64,000 nt of DNA, taken from contig OZ271918.1 in assembly GCA_965602015.1 (NCBI GenBank), forward strand, positions 1,312,001 to 1,376,000. The letters run 5' to 3'. Positions 29,299 to 39,892 of this stretch are shown one piece after another (positions within the stretch are counted from its first letter, which is position 1; the number at the start of each line of letters is the position of its first letter). Position numbers and translations under genes: made by a program. Source of the stretch: Salinispira sp. (GTDB taxonomy: Bacteria; Spirochaetota; Spirochaetia; DSM-27196; Salinispiraceae). Below the pieces are notes generated by a model, which was not told the origin of the DNA, made no database searches, and saw nothing but the letters and a program-made list of their open reading frames with translations.

Positions 29299-31787
29299 AT
29301 GAAAACGAAAAACACGCAACGACTATATGTTATCTCAACAGTATCCATCTTTATTGGATTGGTTTCCTGCAATTTACTCCCGATGGACGAAACGTCCTAC
29401 TTCGAGAGACAGAATGACATTATCTCCGTATCAATGAGTCCCTCAGAACGGGAAGTTATAAGAACCGATCGACCTCATTTTTCATGGAATGTTTCGGCAG
29501 AGATTCTGCACAGTGATTTTCAGTTGAGCAGCAGTGAAAATTTTGAAACCGCATTAATAATTGATCTATCGAAGCTGGAAGTGCAGGATCACGCGCTTAA
29601 TGAAGCTCTGACTATCGGCGGTCGCTATTACTGGCGCATCCGATACACCACCGCCGAAGGAAATACTTCGCATGGTATGAAAGGAGTTTCTATCTCGTAG
29701 AGGCGGATTTTTTCGATTCTTTTGAAATACACGATGAAGATTTTTCTACAGCCCGTGAATGGAATCTGTCATCGAGAAATACACCGTATATAACATCTGA
29801 TGAATCCTATGACGGCACATACTCGGCGGTACTTCATAGTGAGCAAACGAGTATTTCAGATGGATATTTTGAAACGAGTGTATCGACAGAAAAACCCTTA
29901 TTATTGAATTTCTTCTACAAGCATGATGTTTGGAGCACCGGCGATCTCGTAATAGAAGTCAATAATGCGGTGTATAAAACAGTAAATACCAGCAGTATTA
30001 GCTGGAGTCAGGAAAGCATCTATTTAGCTCCCGGTACACATACTGTGACATGGAAATACGAATCGTTTAGCAGCGGAAGGGATCAGCGGCTTTTTATCGA
30101 TGCGATTCGGTCATATGAGCTCGGTGTGGATTCTTCAGTATTTTCGGCTTTCGCATCTAACGGACTTCTGGTGAATAGCATTTCCTACCCGGGCACTCAC
30201 TATCCTTATGTCCTTGAGGGCGAAGTCTACGATGGGGAGCAGGTGGTTCTTCTCGGGAGTGAGGGGGTCCGGACCGGCGAGGGCGCTATTGAGCTCTCAG
30301 TAACCGCCGAATCTGATGTCTATATTTCTTTCGCGCTGCGCAAGAACGGCGGTCAAGGGAATTTCACGTTTGCTGTGGACGGCATAGACCGTCACTCTTC
30401 CAGCGAGACAATTGACGAATGGACCGTGTTCGGTTTCGCCATCGACGCTGGTACGCACACCTTACTGTGGGAGCATGATAAATACTATGATGACGAGGAT
30501 GAGGTAGTAAGTCTCGCATTACTGGAAACGACAGCTCTTCAAAATATATCAGAGGCCATTTCTGTAATGGAAACCGATGGCGTGACCGTACAAGGTTATC
30601 AGCGAGATGGAAATTCACAGTTACCCTATGTACATCCAATAGAAACCTACAATAGCACCCCGGTTATCACCTTGGGAGTCTCGGCGGAAACCGGCGACAA
30701 TTCATTAACCCTTACCGTTATTGTGACGGAACAGACGGAGATTTCATTTGCCATCAAAAGAACCGCTGCAAACTACAGCGATATCTATTTCCGTTTGAAC
30801 GGCACAAGCATGTTAGGTTACTACGGCAATCATCTGGATTGGTCGGAGTATAGCTTTGTTCTTAATCCGGGAACCCATACCTTGGAATGGGAAAACTCCA
30901 AATACTATGATGCCGCATATGCCCTCGTTCACCTCGCACTGCTACCTTCTCACAGACCCCCGGCTCTCGAAACTGCATATTCTCACATTGAAATCCCCGG
31001 ACTGGTTGTTGACAGCGCAACGACGGCAGGAAGCTATTCTCCGTACGTGCTTTCTGACGATACTCACAACGGAAACCCCGTGCTATTGCTGGGAGTTCCT
31101 TTGCCTAGCGGCGAGAACTCCTTCGAGCTTTCAGTTACCGCGTCAGAGGAAAGTAGAATATCCTTCGCCATTAAAAAGAATGATTTCGGGGGAACATTTC
31201 TTTTTCATGCAAACTCAGAGTTGGTCCTTTCAAACTATTCTCAAATAGATGATTGGGCTATATATGATCATGTCCTTCAAGCGGGAACCCATACGTTGAA
31301 GTGGAGCCACGAGAAGTATTATGACGATAGGGATGATTTTTCGCGTTTAGTATTCCTGCCATCCGAGACAGTTCCCATCAATGAAGCCTTTTCCCACATG
31401 GTATCTGCGGGCTTAAGCATAAATAGTATTTCACGGACTGGGACGCCGGTGCCATTTATTCATCGTGAGGAGACTCACGGCGGTGAGGAAGCGGTGCAAC
31501 TCGGCGTACCCCGGAGATCCGGGGAAAATGAGTTAGAGCTCAATGTTACAGCAGCTTCGGATTGCACCATATCTTTCGCTCTGAAAAAGCCGCATCACTC
31601 GGACACAATGTACTTCTCGATAAACTCTACCACTATGCTGACGCAGACAGCATCGCTGCCTGATTGGACGGTATATGAATTTCCTCTCAGCGCGGGTACT
31701 CATCGGCTAATTTGGCGGAATGACAAATTCTATGATTATTCAAGTCATTTCAGCTATCTCTCTGTTCTGCCGACAGTGTTACCCTGA
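29299..31787 (+). pseudogene. Frameshifted lipoprotein: Fn3-like N-terminus plus five ~140-aa beta-sandwich repeats
   Basis: Lipobox GLVSC. At ~29671 the reading switches frame (TCG CA TGG TAT GAA...); the new frame is open from 29673 into ORF 29904..31787. Repeat motif GTH(T/R)(V/L)xW occurs five times, four followed by K(Y/F)YD. Confidence 0.75.
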
Positions 31788-31974
31788 ACGGACCAGAGAC
31801 CTCAGCAAAAAGCTCAGTGAAATAACTGATCTCCTAAAAAACAAGCACACAAAAGAATTATTTGCGACTAACGGCATCCAGTTAAGCGCTTCTAAGAACC
31901 GACGTAGCACTGCAATTCCGCCCTCCTATGCGCTATTCTTGTAGTGAGTAAATTTGCGGCATTTGAGAGGGTCT

Positions 31975-32937
31975 ATGGCGATTCGTGAGGGAAAGTGGGA
32001 CTGTAGTTACTGCGGGAGTACAAACCGGGGCAGGGGCATGAACTGCTCGGCCTGCGGCAGACGGCGGGATCCCAGCGTGACATTTTATCTTGATGATGAC
32101 GCGCAGGAGGTCGAAGACCAGGCGGTGCTGAAGCGGGCCAAGTCCGGAGCCGATTGGACCTGCCGGTTCTGCGGTACCGATAACCCAGCCGGCGAGCCTA
32201 CCTGCCGGCAGTGCCATGCCGAACGGGGAGAGTCGGAATCCCGCTCAACCCGTACCATACCCATAGATTCCCCCGCCGGCGGCGGCCCGGAGGCCGGTAC
32301 TCCAAACACCGGATCAAAAACAGGATGGATAAAAGTCCTCGGAGCCGCGGCAGTGGTGGTTATTCTCGCAATTATCGGCTTTCTCATTTTCGGCGGCCGG
32401 GAGGAGCTGGTCACCGTCGATTCCCTGCGCTGGGAGCGGGTCGTGGAAATCGAAGCCCAGGCGCTCAATCGCTATGAGCGGCGGGAAAGCGAGGTACCCG
32501 CCGGCGCGACCATCCTCGGTTCCCGCACAGCGCAGGACGGAACCGAACGGGTACAGGTGGGAAGCGAACGGGTCAGAACCGGGTCCCGGGATTTGGGAAA
32601 CGGCTTCTTTGAAGATGTCTATGAGGACCGTCCGGTGTATGAGGAACGGCCGGTGTACGTAACCATGGTTGAATACGAAATTCTCGAGTGGGAAACCGTC
32701 CGCCGGGCGGAGAGTTCTGGCGATGAAAATACCGCGCCTTTTTGGGCGGACTTTACCCTGGGCCCTGGGGAGCGGGAAGGGGACCGCAGTGAGAATGCGA
32801 CCCTCTTTCTGAGTTCGGAGGAGGAAAGCTATGAATACCGCATTCCCGTAGGTGAAATTTCCAAGTACCCCGTCGGGTCGCGATGGAATGCCCGGATCGG
32901 CGCCTTTGGGGGAATCCGTTCGCTCGAGGGGCCTTGA
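31975..32937 (+). CDS. Membrane protein with two RanBP2-like zinc ribbons
   Basis: WDCSYC..N....CSACG and WTCRFCGTDN....CRQC, one TM helix, DLGNGFFE motif; GAGAGG SD. Confidence 0.75.
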   Translation: MAIREGKWDCSYCGSTNRGRGMNCSACGRRRDPSVTFYLDDDAQEVEDQAVLKRAKSGADWTCRFCGTDNPAGEPTCRQCHAERGESESRSTRTIPIDSPAGGGPEAGTPNTGSKTGWIKVLGAAAVVVILAIIGFLIFGGREELVTVDSLRWERVVEIEAQALNRYERRESEVPAGATILGSRTAQDGTERVQVGSERVRTGSRDLGNGFFEDVYEDRPVYEERPVYVTMVEYEILEWETVRRAESSGDENTAPFWADFTLGPGEREGDRSENATLFLSSEEESYEYRIPVGEISKYPVGSRWNARIGAFGGIRSLEGP

Positions 32938-32993
32938 CTCACTGCTCTAAGAACTTCCCCCGGTGAATCCTTGTAAAGTAAGGAGTTGCAATT

Positions 32994-33908
32994 GTGATAA
33001 ATAAACCGCTGGTTGTTCCACTATTACTGGTATTCCTCTCTTCCTGCGGATTACTGGGACTAAATATAACAAAAGAATATCCGGACCCCATACCCGCCGC
33101 CTCTGCCGTCAGTTTTGATTTTGAGTCGGATTTTGAAGCGTGGATAGCTTTGGGAGGATCGGGCGAAAGCGCTACCGATCCCGAAGATTCGAACCCCGAC
33201 GACGACATACGCCTAGCTGCCGATCCCCTTAACAGCGGAAATCAGACCGCACGCTTTCGGATAACGTCCGAAAGCTACGTTGCCAATGGAATCCGCGCAG
33301 AGCTGACCTTCGATGCCCACCAGCGGGAAGGAGAGACCGGTATGTACCGTTGGAAGGTGTTGATCCCTATCGACTACTCCGACGTACGCATCGAAGATTC
33401 CGAAGGCGCCCCGAACTGGCAGCTGATGGGCCAGTGGCATCAACAACCGGTCTGGTTCGCCGGAGAGACCTGGGATCGTTTCCAGGGACAGGGAGAGTCA
33501 CCGGCTATCGGGATCAACTACTATTTCATTGATCAAAGCGACCCGTCGTATCAGCAGGAGATGGCCTCTGATCCGCAGGTGCTCGAGGTGCACGGATTCG
33601 ATGCAAGTTGGGATCAGCAACCGGTTTTTTTGCTGACCTATGGAACGCCCCCTCTGCCGATTGCTTTTTATCCCATAGAAAAAGGTCGGTGGATTGAACT
33701 TGAGCTGACAATTGAATGGTCCCAAGGACCGGACGGAAGCGTTCTCGCCACAATCGATGGCGCCCCTTTTACAAACGGTGTTGAATACGGGGCGAACATG
33801 TGGAATCGCGAATCCCAGTACTTCAAATTCGGGCTCTATCGAAATCCAAACATCTTGCCCGATCAAACTGTGTACTACGATGATTTTGCATATACTCCAG
33901 TGTATTAG
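32994..33908 (+). CDS. Lipoprotein, polysaccharide lyase/heparin lyase I-like jelly-roll
   Basis: Lipobox LSSC; RAEL, YRW, QWH, KGRW, IEWS..DG, YFKFGLYR, VYYDDF. Confidence 0.7.
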   Translation: MINKPLVVPLLLVFLSSCGLLGLNITKEYPDPIPAASAVSFDFESDFEAWIALGGSGESATDPEDSNPDDDIRLAADPLNSGNQTARFRITSESYVANGIRAELTFDAHQREGETGMYRWKVLIPIDYSDVRIEDSEGAPNWQLMGQWHQQPVWFAGETWDRFQGQGESPAIGINYYFIDQSDPSYQQEMASDPQVLEVHGFDASWDQQPVFLLTYGTPPLPIAFYPIEKGRWIELELTIEWSQGPDGSVLATIDGAPFTNGVEYGANMWNRESQYFKFGLYRNPNILPDQTVYYDDFAYTPVY

Positions 33909-34057
33909 AACGTCGTGCACACGTGTCGTGGCGACCGTCTGAGGTACATGCTGTCAAAATGGGTGACAGTAAAACCTGCCCGCCTCTGGAAGTTTTTTGA
34001 CATAACGCAACAAAAAGCAGTAGTTTTTCAAAGCAATAGGCAATACAGGAGCGCACA

Positions 34058-34714
34058 ATGAACACGGGACTGATTCTCGATTTTCTCACCTCCCTTCGGC
34101 AGCATAACGACAGGCAATGGTTTGATGCTCACCGGGGCGAATACGAGAATGCCCGGGAAGGCTTCCTTGAATTGCTTGATGAGCTGCTGATACGCTTCCC
34201 CGACAAAAGAGCTTTGCCCCAAGCGGAGGCAAAGAGCCTGATGTTTCGCATAAATCGGGACGTGCGCTTTTCAAAAGATAAATCACCCTACAAGGTCAAC
34301 ATGTCGGCCCTCATCGGCCCCCATGGTCGAAAGAGCCAGAGCCGGTACTATTACATCAGCATCGAGCCCGGCGGCCGCTCAATTGCCGCAAGCGGCTTAA
34401 AGTCCCCCGACGCCAAAACCCTGAGAGCTGTTCGCCAACGCATAGCCGACAATAGCGAAGACCTGCGGTCAATAATAGAAGCCGAATCAATTGTCAGCAT
34501 GTTCGGCGGCCTGGAGGGCGAAAAGCTCAAGACAGCCCCACGGGATTTTGCCCAGGACCATCCGGCAATCGACCTGCTCCGCTACAAGGAATATATGGCT
34601 TCCCGCAGTTTCAGCGACGAAGAAGTACTCCAAGACACATTCATCGATGAGCTGCTCGAGAGCTTTCGCCGGCTGCAGCCCCTGGTTGAGTATTTTGACG
34701 GGATTGTTGGGTAG
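34058..34714 (+). CDS. DUF2461 (TIGR02453) family protein
   Basis: FL..L.QHNDRQWF, FRINRDVRFSKDKSPYK, GEKLKTAPR..DHP.IDLLR.K. Confidence 0.9.
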   Translation: MNTGLILDFLTSLRQHNDRQWFDAHRGEYENAREGFLELLDELLIRFPDKRALPQAEAKSLMFRINRDVRFSKDKSPYKVNMSALIGPHGRKSQSRYYYISIEPGGRSIAASGLKSPDAKTLRAVRQRIADNSEDLRSIIEAESIVSMFGGLEGEKLKTAPRDFAQDHPAIDLLRYKEYMASRSFSDEEVLQDTFIDELLESFRRLQPLVEYFDGIVG

Positions 34715-34715
34715 G

Positions 34716-34848
34716 GGTTTCTAGCTTTGAAAAAAGCGATCAACAGCTGAACATCAGCGAGCTCACCGACTTTTGGTATCGAGTCGATAACAGCAACGGC
34801 CGGGTCGGCTGGGCCTACGGGGCGTTTTTGCGGATGGACGGGCAGTAA
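34716..34848 (+). pseudogene. 3' remnant of an SH3b-tail gene (third copy of the constant tail)
   Basis: Encodes EKSDQQLNISELTDFWYRVDNSNGRVGWAYGAFLRMDGQ*, nearly identical to the ends of the genes at 36919 and 39820; no 5' part. Confidence 0.85.
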
Positions 34849-34849
34849 G

Positions 34850-35134
34850 CTAAGAAGCTTCGTGCAATCTATTATTCACATATTTATGCAAAACACTCGA
34901 GACAAGTGTCTGGTAGGGTATTCCTTCCTCGAGGGCTTTTGCCTTCAATTTGCTTATGTCTGCAGAACTCATACGAATATTCATTCTCTGATCTTTTTTT
35001 CCGGTATTATCCGCCGCTGTTTTGAACCTAACCAACTCTTGTTCAGTGAGCGTCACGATCTCAAACTCATCATTTTCTATCGAAGCTATCAAATCCTGCT
35101 CATAATCATCAAGCGGGGTAAATTCATCGTTCAT
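34850..35134 (-). CDS. BrnA/CopG-like antitoxin (copy 1)
   Basis: KKDQRMNIRMS..D...LKAKALEEGIPYQTLVSSVLHKYV ribbon-helix-helix; follows a BrnT-like gene. Confidence 0.85.
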   Translation of the reverse strand: MNDEFTPLDDYEQDLIASIENDEFEIVTLTEQELVRFKTAADNTGKKDQRMNIRMSSADISKLKAKALEEGIPYQTLVSSVLHKYVNNRLHEAS

Positions 35135-35405
35135 TTGTTCCTCCCAGGATCAAGCGGGTGTACTTTCTGCTTTTGTAAATGGTCTTTAGAAAATATCCAT
35201 TTTCTGTCGGTACAGCCGGAACCACGTATACATAATTATTGAGGATAACCAGCAGTAGTTCCTGGTCAGCATACTTCTCAGGATTGGTATGCCGTAGTTT
35301 CCTGACCAAACCGCCATTCTGAATGGCGACAACAATCTCTTCAAACTGAATATTCCGTTCCTTTTTCAGTTTTTCATTTTTATCCTGGCTCCAGTCGAAA
35401 ACCAT
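35124..35405 (-). CDS. BrnT-family toxin (copy 1, intact)
   Basis: MVFDWSQDKNEKLKKERNIQFEEIV...YVYVVP....YFLKTIYKSRKYT; TTGACT-17-TATTGT promoter 5 nt before ATG 35405. Confidence 0.85.
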   Translation of the reverse strand: MVFDWSQDKNEKLKKERNIQFEEIVVAIQNGGLVRKLRHTNPEKYADQELLLVILNNYVYVVPAVPTENGYFLKTIYKSRKYTRLILGGTNER

Positions 35406-35580
35406 GGGTAACAATATTCGCATGTGTGCCTGAAGTCAATACATACCGACGACTGCGTGGGCCTCTTCCACCGCAACATCGCCTATGCCCCGGATTCCGC
35501 ATGGGCAGCCTATATCGTATCATCCTATACCGGTGCAGAGCGCTATCTCTCCAACGCCAGCAGTGCCGAACCCTGAGCAA

Positions 35581-35628
35581 ATCCCGAGAAAATGGCAAAT
35601 TGTGAGGTTAAGATCAAATGAAAACTAA
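35581..35628 (+). pseudogene. Remnant C-terminus of an upstream partner gene (PRKWQIVRLRSNEN*), overlapping the SH3 gene start
   Basis: Resembles the end of ORF 38136..38630 (PRDWVVVRLVGE*) and occupies the same position relative to the SH3 gene. Confidence 0.5.
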
Positions 35629-36919
35629 GCTGATAGGCATTAGCATAATATGTTTTTTTCTTATCTTCCCGACGTTGTACAGTCAGGAGATTCAAACGCG
35701 TGGACTCGAATCAGTTGCGGCATATCGAGAAGGTAGCGGTTACGGAGAATTAGGGACGATTGAGGAACGCAGAGGGTATTCCGGACCTTCTGCACCTGCC
35801 TTTGTTCTATTTTCACCGGTTCTTGGTTTGAATGACCGTTTTAATTCACGGGTGGCATTTGTGGACAGCTCGGGCAATTGGTTATCAATGGTACTACTCA
35901 AACAGAGCGTCCCGTCTGGAGTGTTATTCAATCACCAGCAAGATCACCTGATACTCATGTCAGGAGTGAGCTATCCTGAATTATATATTTACCCCCCCGA
36001 TGGAGACAAAGTTGCCGAGTTATTTTTCCAAGGTAATGAGCGCGGTGCACCTGATAATGTCAGCTCTGATTTAGCATTAGGATACTTTGAGTATTACAAT
36101 GGTCTGCTCTTGCTTAAAGATAGCGAAAACCAGTTTCACTCCATCCTCAACCCCGGCATGGATCAGGCGGAAAACCGGGCAAATCTTATGAATACCCGTC
36201 AGACCCGGGATTACCTTCAGGCGACCTACGGAACCTCAGATGATGCCGAACTTCGCCTGGACGCGCAGGGCCGGCTCTTTATCAACGGCAGACTTCTCAC
36301 CTACGACTGGGTCACCTTCCGGGACTACTTTGCCGAGGAAACCGCCGGGCTTGAGCCTCCGCCGTATGCTGCTGAGCGGCCTTACAGTGGTTATATTAGT
36401 ACTTTTAATACAAGCTCAAATTTCATAGGATTCGACGCATATTGGAATTATTATTGGAACATTGGCAGAAGCTTTGTAGCAGTTTTCAGCCCCGATGGAT
36501 GGATAATATAATTATTCCGAATTGATATCGAAGCCGTCGACAGCACCCCTGTGGTCACCGCCAATGGCGATCTCTACTTTTACAGCTTTCAGGGAGAACA
36601 GGGAACCATCGAACTGCTCACTATACGAAACACCTGGGACCCCATCGATGAAGAGTTCGCCATACCAGGTACATCATCTTCCAACCAGGCAATCCCCCAG
36701 GCCACCGTCATCAACTCCCGCCTGCGGGTTCGAAGCGCCCCCTCGTTGGACGGGGAAATGCTCGGCATGCTGGAAATCGGGGAAGCGGTTTCTATCCTTG
36801 AGAAAAGCGATCAACAGCTGAATATCGGCGAGCTCAGCGATTTCTGGTACCGGGTCGACAATGGCAACGGCCTGGTCGGCTGGGCCTACGGGGCTTTTTT
36901 GCGGATGGACGGGGAGTAA
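35618..36919 (+). pseudogene. Secreted protein with variable N-terminus and C-terminal SH3b domain, interrupted by an in-frame TAA
   Basis: ORFs 35618..36511 and 36551..36919 are in the same frame (WII*LFRIDIEAVDSTPVVTANGDLYF); signal peptide; SH3b INSRLRVRSAPSLDG...WYRV....VGWAYGAFL. Confidence 0.85.
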
Positions 36920-37298
36920 GAAAGGGAGCTGGCTTTTTTACGGCCTTTCCTGCTGGGGTGCCCGGGCATAGAAGGACCGTCGCGTACGGTGGTGCCGAAG
37001 CTTGGAGATAGGGTAGATATCTGGCGTCTTATGCAGCCTATACCTACTGGCCTCGGTAGCATTCTCGCAATCCTGGATTTTTCCTACAACTGCAAGTCTC
37101 CGGTAAACCGTGTGTCTACGACAGGTATGGGGAGTATTTCCCTCCCGTCCAACAGCATGGCACCACTGTAAAGCATCAGTGCGGACTGGGATCATGAGCC
37201 TACTACTTCAACTCGGTAACCTCTGGATATAGAGAGGCTAATTGCCAGGATATAGTATATAATAACCTTGGAAGAGTGTTTTGCGGCTGGGGGAATCG

Positions 37299-37604
37299 AT
37301 GGACGTGCGGATTCACAATGTAATTAATAGACTGAAGGTAGCGTTCCCTGAAGCAAAGTTTATTGTATTTGGGTCGCATGCCAGCGGTCGACAGGAAAGG
37401 GATAGCGACCTGGATTTATGTGCAGTTTTTTCTGTTCTCGAAAAAGATCCTTTTGAAATTGCTTATGACGTCCGTGTTGAGGCTCAGAAGTACATCGATA
37501 TCCCCATGGATATTTTTGTCGTCAGCGAATACGACTACAATGAACGGCGTCATGAAGTTGGAGCGTTGGAGCACATAGTGGCTACGGAAGGAGTAGCGGT
37601 TTAG
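37299..37604 (+). CDS. Minimal nucleotidyltransferase (MNT) antitoxin
   Basis: VFGSHASG....DSDLDL (GSx10DxD), MDIFV. Confidence 0.9.
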   Translation: MDVRIHNVINRLKVAFPEAKFIVFGSHASGRQERDSDLDLCAVFSVLEKDPFEIAYDVRVEAQKYIDIPMDIFVVSEYDYNERRHEVGALEHIVATEGVAV

Positions 37605-37990
37605 TGAAGAAGCTCACCAACGAATGGCTGGAGTATGCGGCAAATGATTTAACAGCAGCTCGGACCCTACATCAATCCTCAAACCCTCCGTATGAAATAA
37701 TTACATATCATTGTCAACAATCTGTTGAAAAGAATCTGAAAGCGATTCTCATTGAGCAAAATTTTACCGTACCGCGCACTCATGATCTAAAAATCATTAT
37801 TCAGGAAGTCTTAAAGATCGCTGATGATTTCGCGGATATGCTTTCGGATTGTAATCGATTAACTCCGTTTGGCGTGATAACCAGATACCCGGGTTCATCA
37901 ATGACAGTCACGAAAGATCACGTGGATTTTGCTCTTACTGCGGCAGAGCGAATAGAAAAACGCATAGTCAGTTACCTGGAAAAAACCTAG
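37604..37990 (+). CDS. HEPN domain protein (MNT-HEPN pair)
   Basis: W...A..DL..A, YHCQQSVEKNLKA, PRTHDL, TRYP; overlaps the MNT stop. Confidence 0.9.
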   Translation: MKKLTNEWLEYAANDLTAARTLHQSSNPPYEIITYHCQQSVEKNLKAILIEQNFTVPRTHDLKIIIQEVLKIADDFADMLSDCNRLTPFGVITRYPGSSMTVTKDHVDFALTAAERIEKRIVSYLEKT

Positions 37991-38135
37991 GTCTTTGAGT
38001 TTATCTACAACTCACTCCTAAATGCAGATTTTCTTATGGGTTAGACAGTCAATTGTGCCAGATATTTTTTGATGCCACGGTAGTATTGCCGGATACTTAG
38101 CCAGAACCGACCGCGTAGACTTTACCTATCGAAGC

Positions 38136-38630
38136 ATGAGCTATGAAGGAAGCGATTATGAGCTTCTGTCAGGCGAAAACTCCAGTCGATTTTTGGATGA
38201 TGCGACAAATGGCGCAGTGTATTGGGGCGAAAGCCGCGTGTTGCTTCGTTACCCGTACCCCGGTGATAATGATGCGGTGGTGATAACTGCCAGGTCCGAG
38301 CCTCAATACAGAGAAAATGAGGTAACTGGATTGCAAGAACCCTTCTGGCCAAATCTACAAATTGTCAAAACCGGCGATCTAATGTATTACGATTACACCG
38401 GTGAAAATCAGAACCAGGACGGAGCGCATCTGGCGATCGTCCTGTGGGTTCAAGATGAAGATGGCAAAGGCGAGATTGAGCCCGATGAGGTGTGGTTGAT
38501 TGAGAGTACGTATGGGACTGAGCAAGGGGTCGTCTTTGGTAATGTCCATGCCCTTCGCACACTGGATACATATGGCACTGATCCTGATCGACCGAGAGAT
38601 TGGGTAGTAGTCCGATTGGTTGGAGAGTAA
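38136..38630 (+). pseudogene. Probable C-terminal fragment of an NlpC/P60- or CHAP-like peptidoglycan hydrolase
   Basis: TGDLMYY....GAHLAIV.......VWLIESTY resembles the His-containing half of the NlpC/P60 fold. No catalytic DCSG motif or signal peptide is present. The stop overlaps the next start (TAATGATG). Confidence 0.5.
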
Positions 38631-39820
38631 TGATGAAACGAATACCGATTTGCATTTTTTTATCGTTCTTTGTCTTTGGAATATACGCTCAAAACATTGC
38701 TGAGAAAAGTTATGAACAGGTAATGAGCTATCAATCCGGGTCTCGAATGGAAAATCTCGCCATCGGGGAAACTGGCCCATTGGGAGTACCCTCTGGGCCG
38801 ATCATGGGGCAATCAATTAATGGGTTGTTGATTTTTAATATATTAAATAACCGTTTGGTTATGCTTAATGAGGCGTATCGATTTGAACAAGTAGTGAACT
38901 TACGGACGGAAATTGATATCACGCCGTATGATTTCAATTCACCCTCTGAGTTTTTACTTGCGACCACTCTGCAAGTATTTGCGATTTTTAATTCTGAATC
39001 TGGGGAAACTCAGGAATTATGGATCGCCCATTTCCCTGAGTTTCGCAACTACCGCTCCTTCGCCTATTACGAGGATGTCCTGTTCGTCCACGATGCCGAG
39101 CTGAACCTGTGGAGCATCCCTGAGCCGGTGGATGATCAGGATGAGAACCGGGATAAGCTGCTGAATGAACGGCAAACCGGTGAGTATGTGCGCGAGCGAT
39201 GGGGCGCCACCGGTGAGGTGCAGGTCGATAGTGAGGGAAGGTTGTTCATCGATGGGCAGTTGGTGACCCGGGATTTTCCTACATGGCTTGGATACCGCGG
39301 TATTCAAACTGATCTCGAACCCCGATTAATCGGTACAGATCAAGCAGGCACCACTTACTGGACACTGTATTCACTAATATATATATACGAATCTGGAAGT
39401 ACTCGCGCGAAAACTATTCGATATGATCCAAACCTCGTGAGTGGATATCCGACAGTTGAATATCAGACCGGAGACCTGTACTTCCTGGGCCGGCCGATCT
39501 CCAATAACACGCAAATTCCCCTCTACCGCATAGCCAACGATTGGGATCCAGTCCAGCCAGGCAGCACCACAGGCGCGCAAGATAATGGATCATTCAGCCA
39601 AGCTACCGTCATCAACTCCCGCCTGCGTGTTCGAAGTGTCCCCTCGTTGGAAGGGGAAATGCTCGGCATGCTTGAAATCGGGGAAGAGGTTTCTCTCCTT
39701 GAGAAAAGCGATCAACCGCTGAACATCGGCGAGCTCACCGACTTTTGGTACCGCGTCGATAACGGCAACGGCCTTATCGGCTGGGCCTACGGGGCTTTTT
39801 TGCGGATGGACGGACAGTAA
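38630..39820 (+). CDS. Secreted protein with variable N-terminus and C-terminal SH3b domain (intact paralog)
   Basis: Signal peptide MMKRIPICIFLSFFVFGIYA; SH3b tail nearly identical to that of 35618..36919. Confidence 0.85.
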   Translation: MMKRIPICIFLSFFVFGIYAQNIAEKSYEQVMSYQSGSRMENLAIGETGPLGVPSGPIMGQSINGLLIFNILNNRLVMLNEAYRFEQVVNLRTEIDITPYDFNSPSEFLLATTLQVFAIFNSESGETQELWIAHFPEFRNYRSFAYYEDVLFVHDAELNLWSIPEPVDDQDENRDKLLNERQTGEYVRERWGATGEVQVDSEGRLFIDGQLVTRDFPTWLGYRGIQTDLEPRLIGTDQAGTTYWTLYSLIYIYESGSTRAKTIRYDPNLVSGYPTVEYQTGDLYFLGRPISNNTQIPLYRIANDWDPVQPGSTTGAQDNGSFSQATVINSRLRVRSVPSLEGEMLGMLEIGEEVSLLEKSDQPLNIGELTDFWYRVDNGNGLIGWAYGAFLRMDGQ

Positions 39821-39892
39821 GCTAAAAAGCTTCTTGTTTCAACTCGCAGCTCCCGGTAATACTGTTCCTGCTATGGCCAGTTTGATGAGGAT

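Noticed and set aside
31863..31890. ACTAAC...GTTAAGC resembling an integron attC fragment
   Set aside because: Too short, no L-box pairing, no integron integrase and no repeated sites in the window.
33909..34057. Possible riboswitch before DUF2461
   Set aside because: Only a small hairpin (CTGTCA...TGACAG); no known aptamer consensus recognised.
27922..36511. Two in-frame TAA codons as possible stop-codon reassignment
   Set aside because: Many intact genes here (selO, glpK, slyD) end in TAA, so these are better explained as lesions.
36920..37260. Short ORFs between the SH3 gene and MNT
   Set aside because: Multiple stops and no motifs; possibly a decayed cassette fragment but not supportable.
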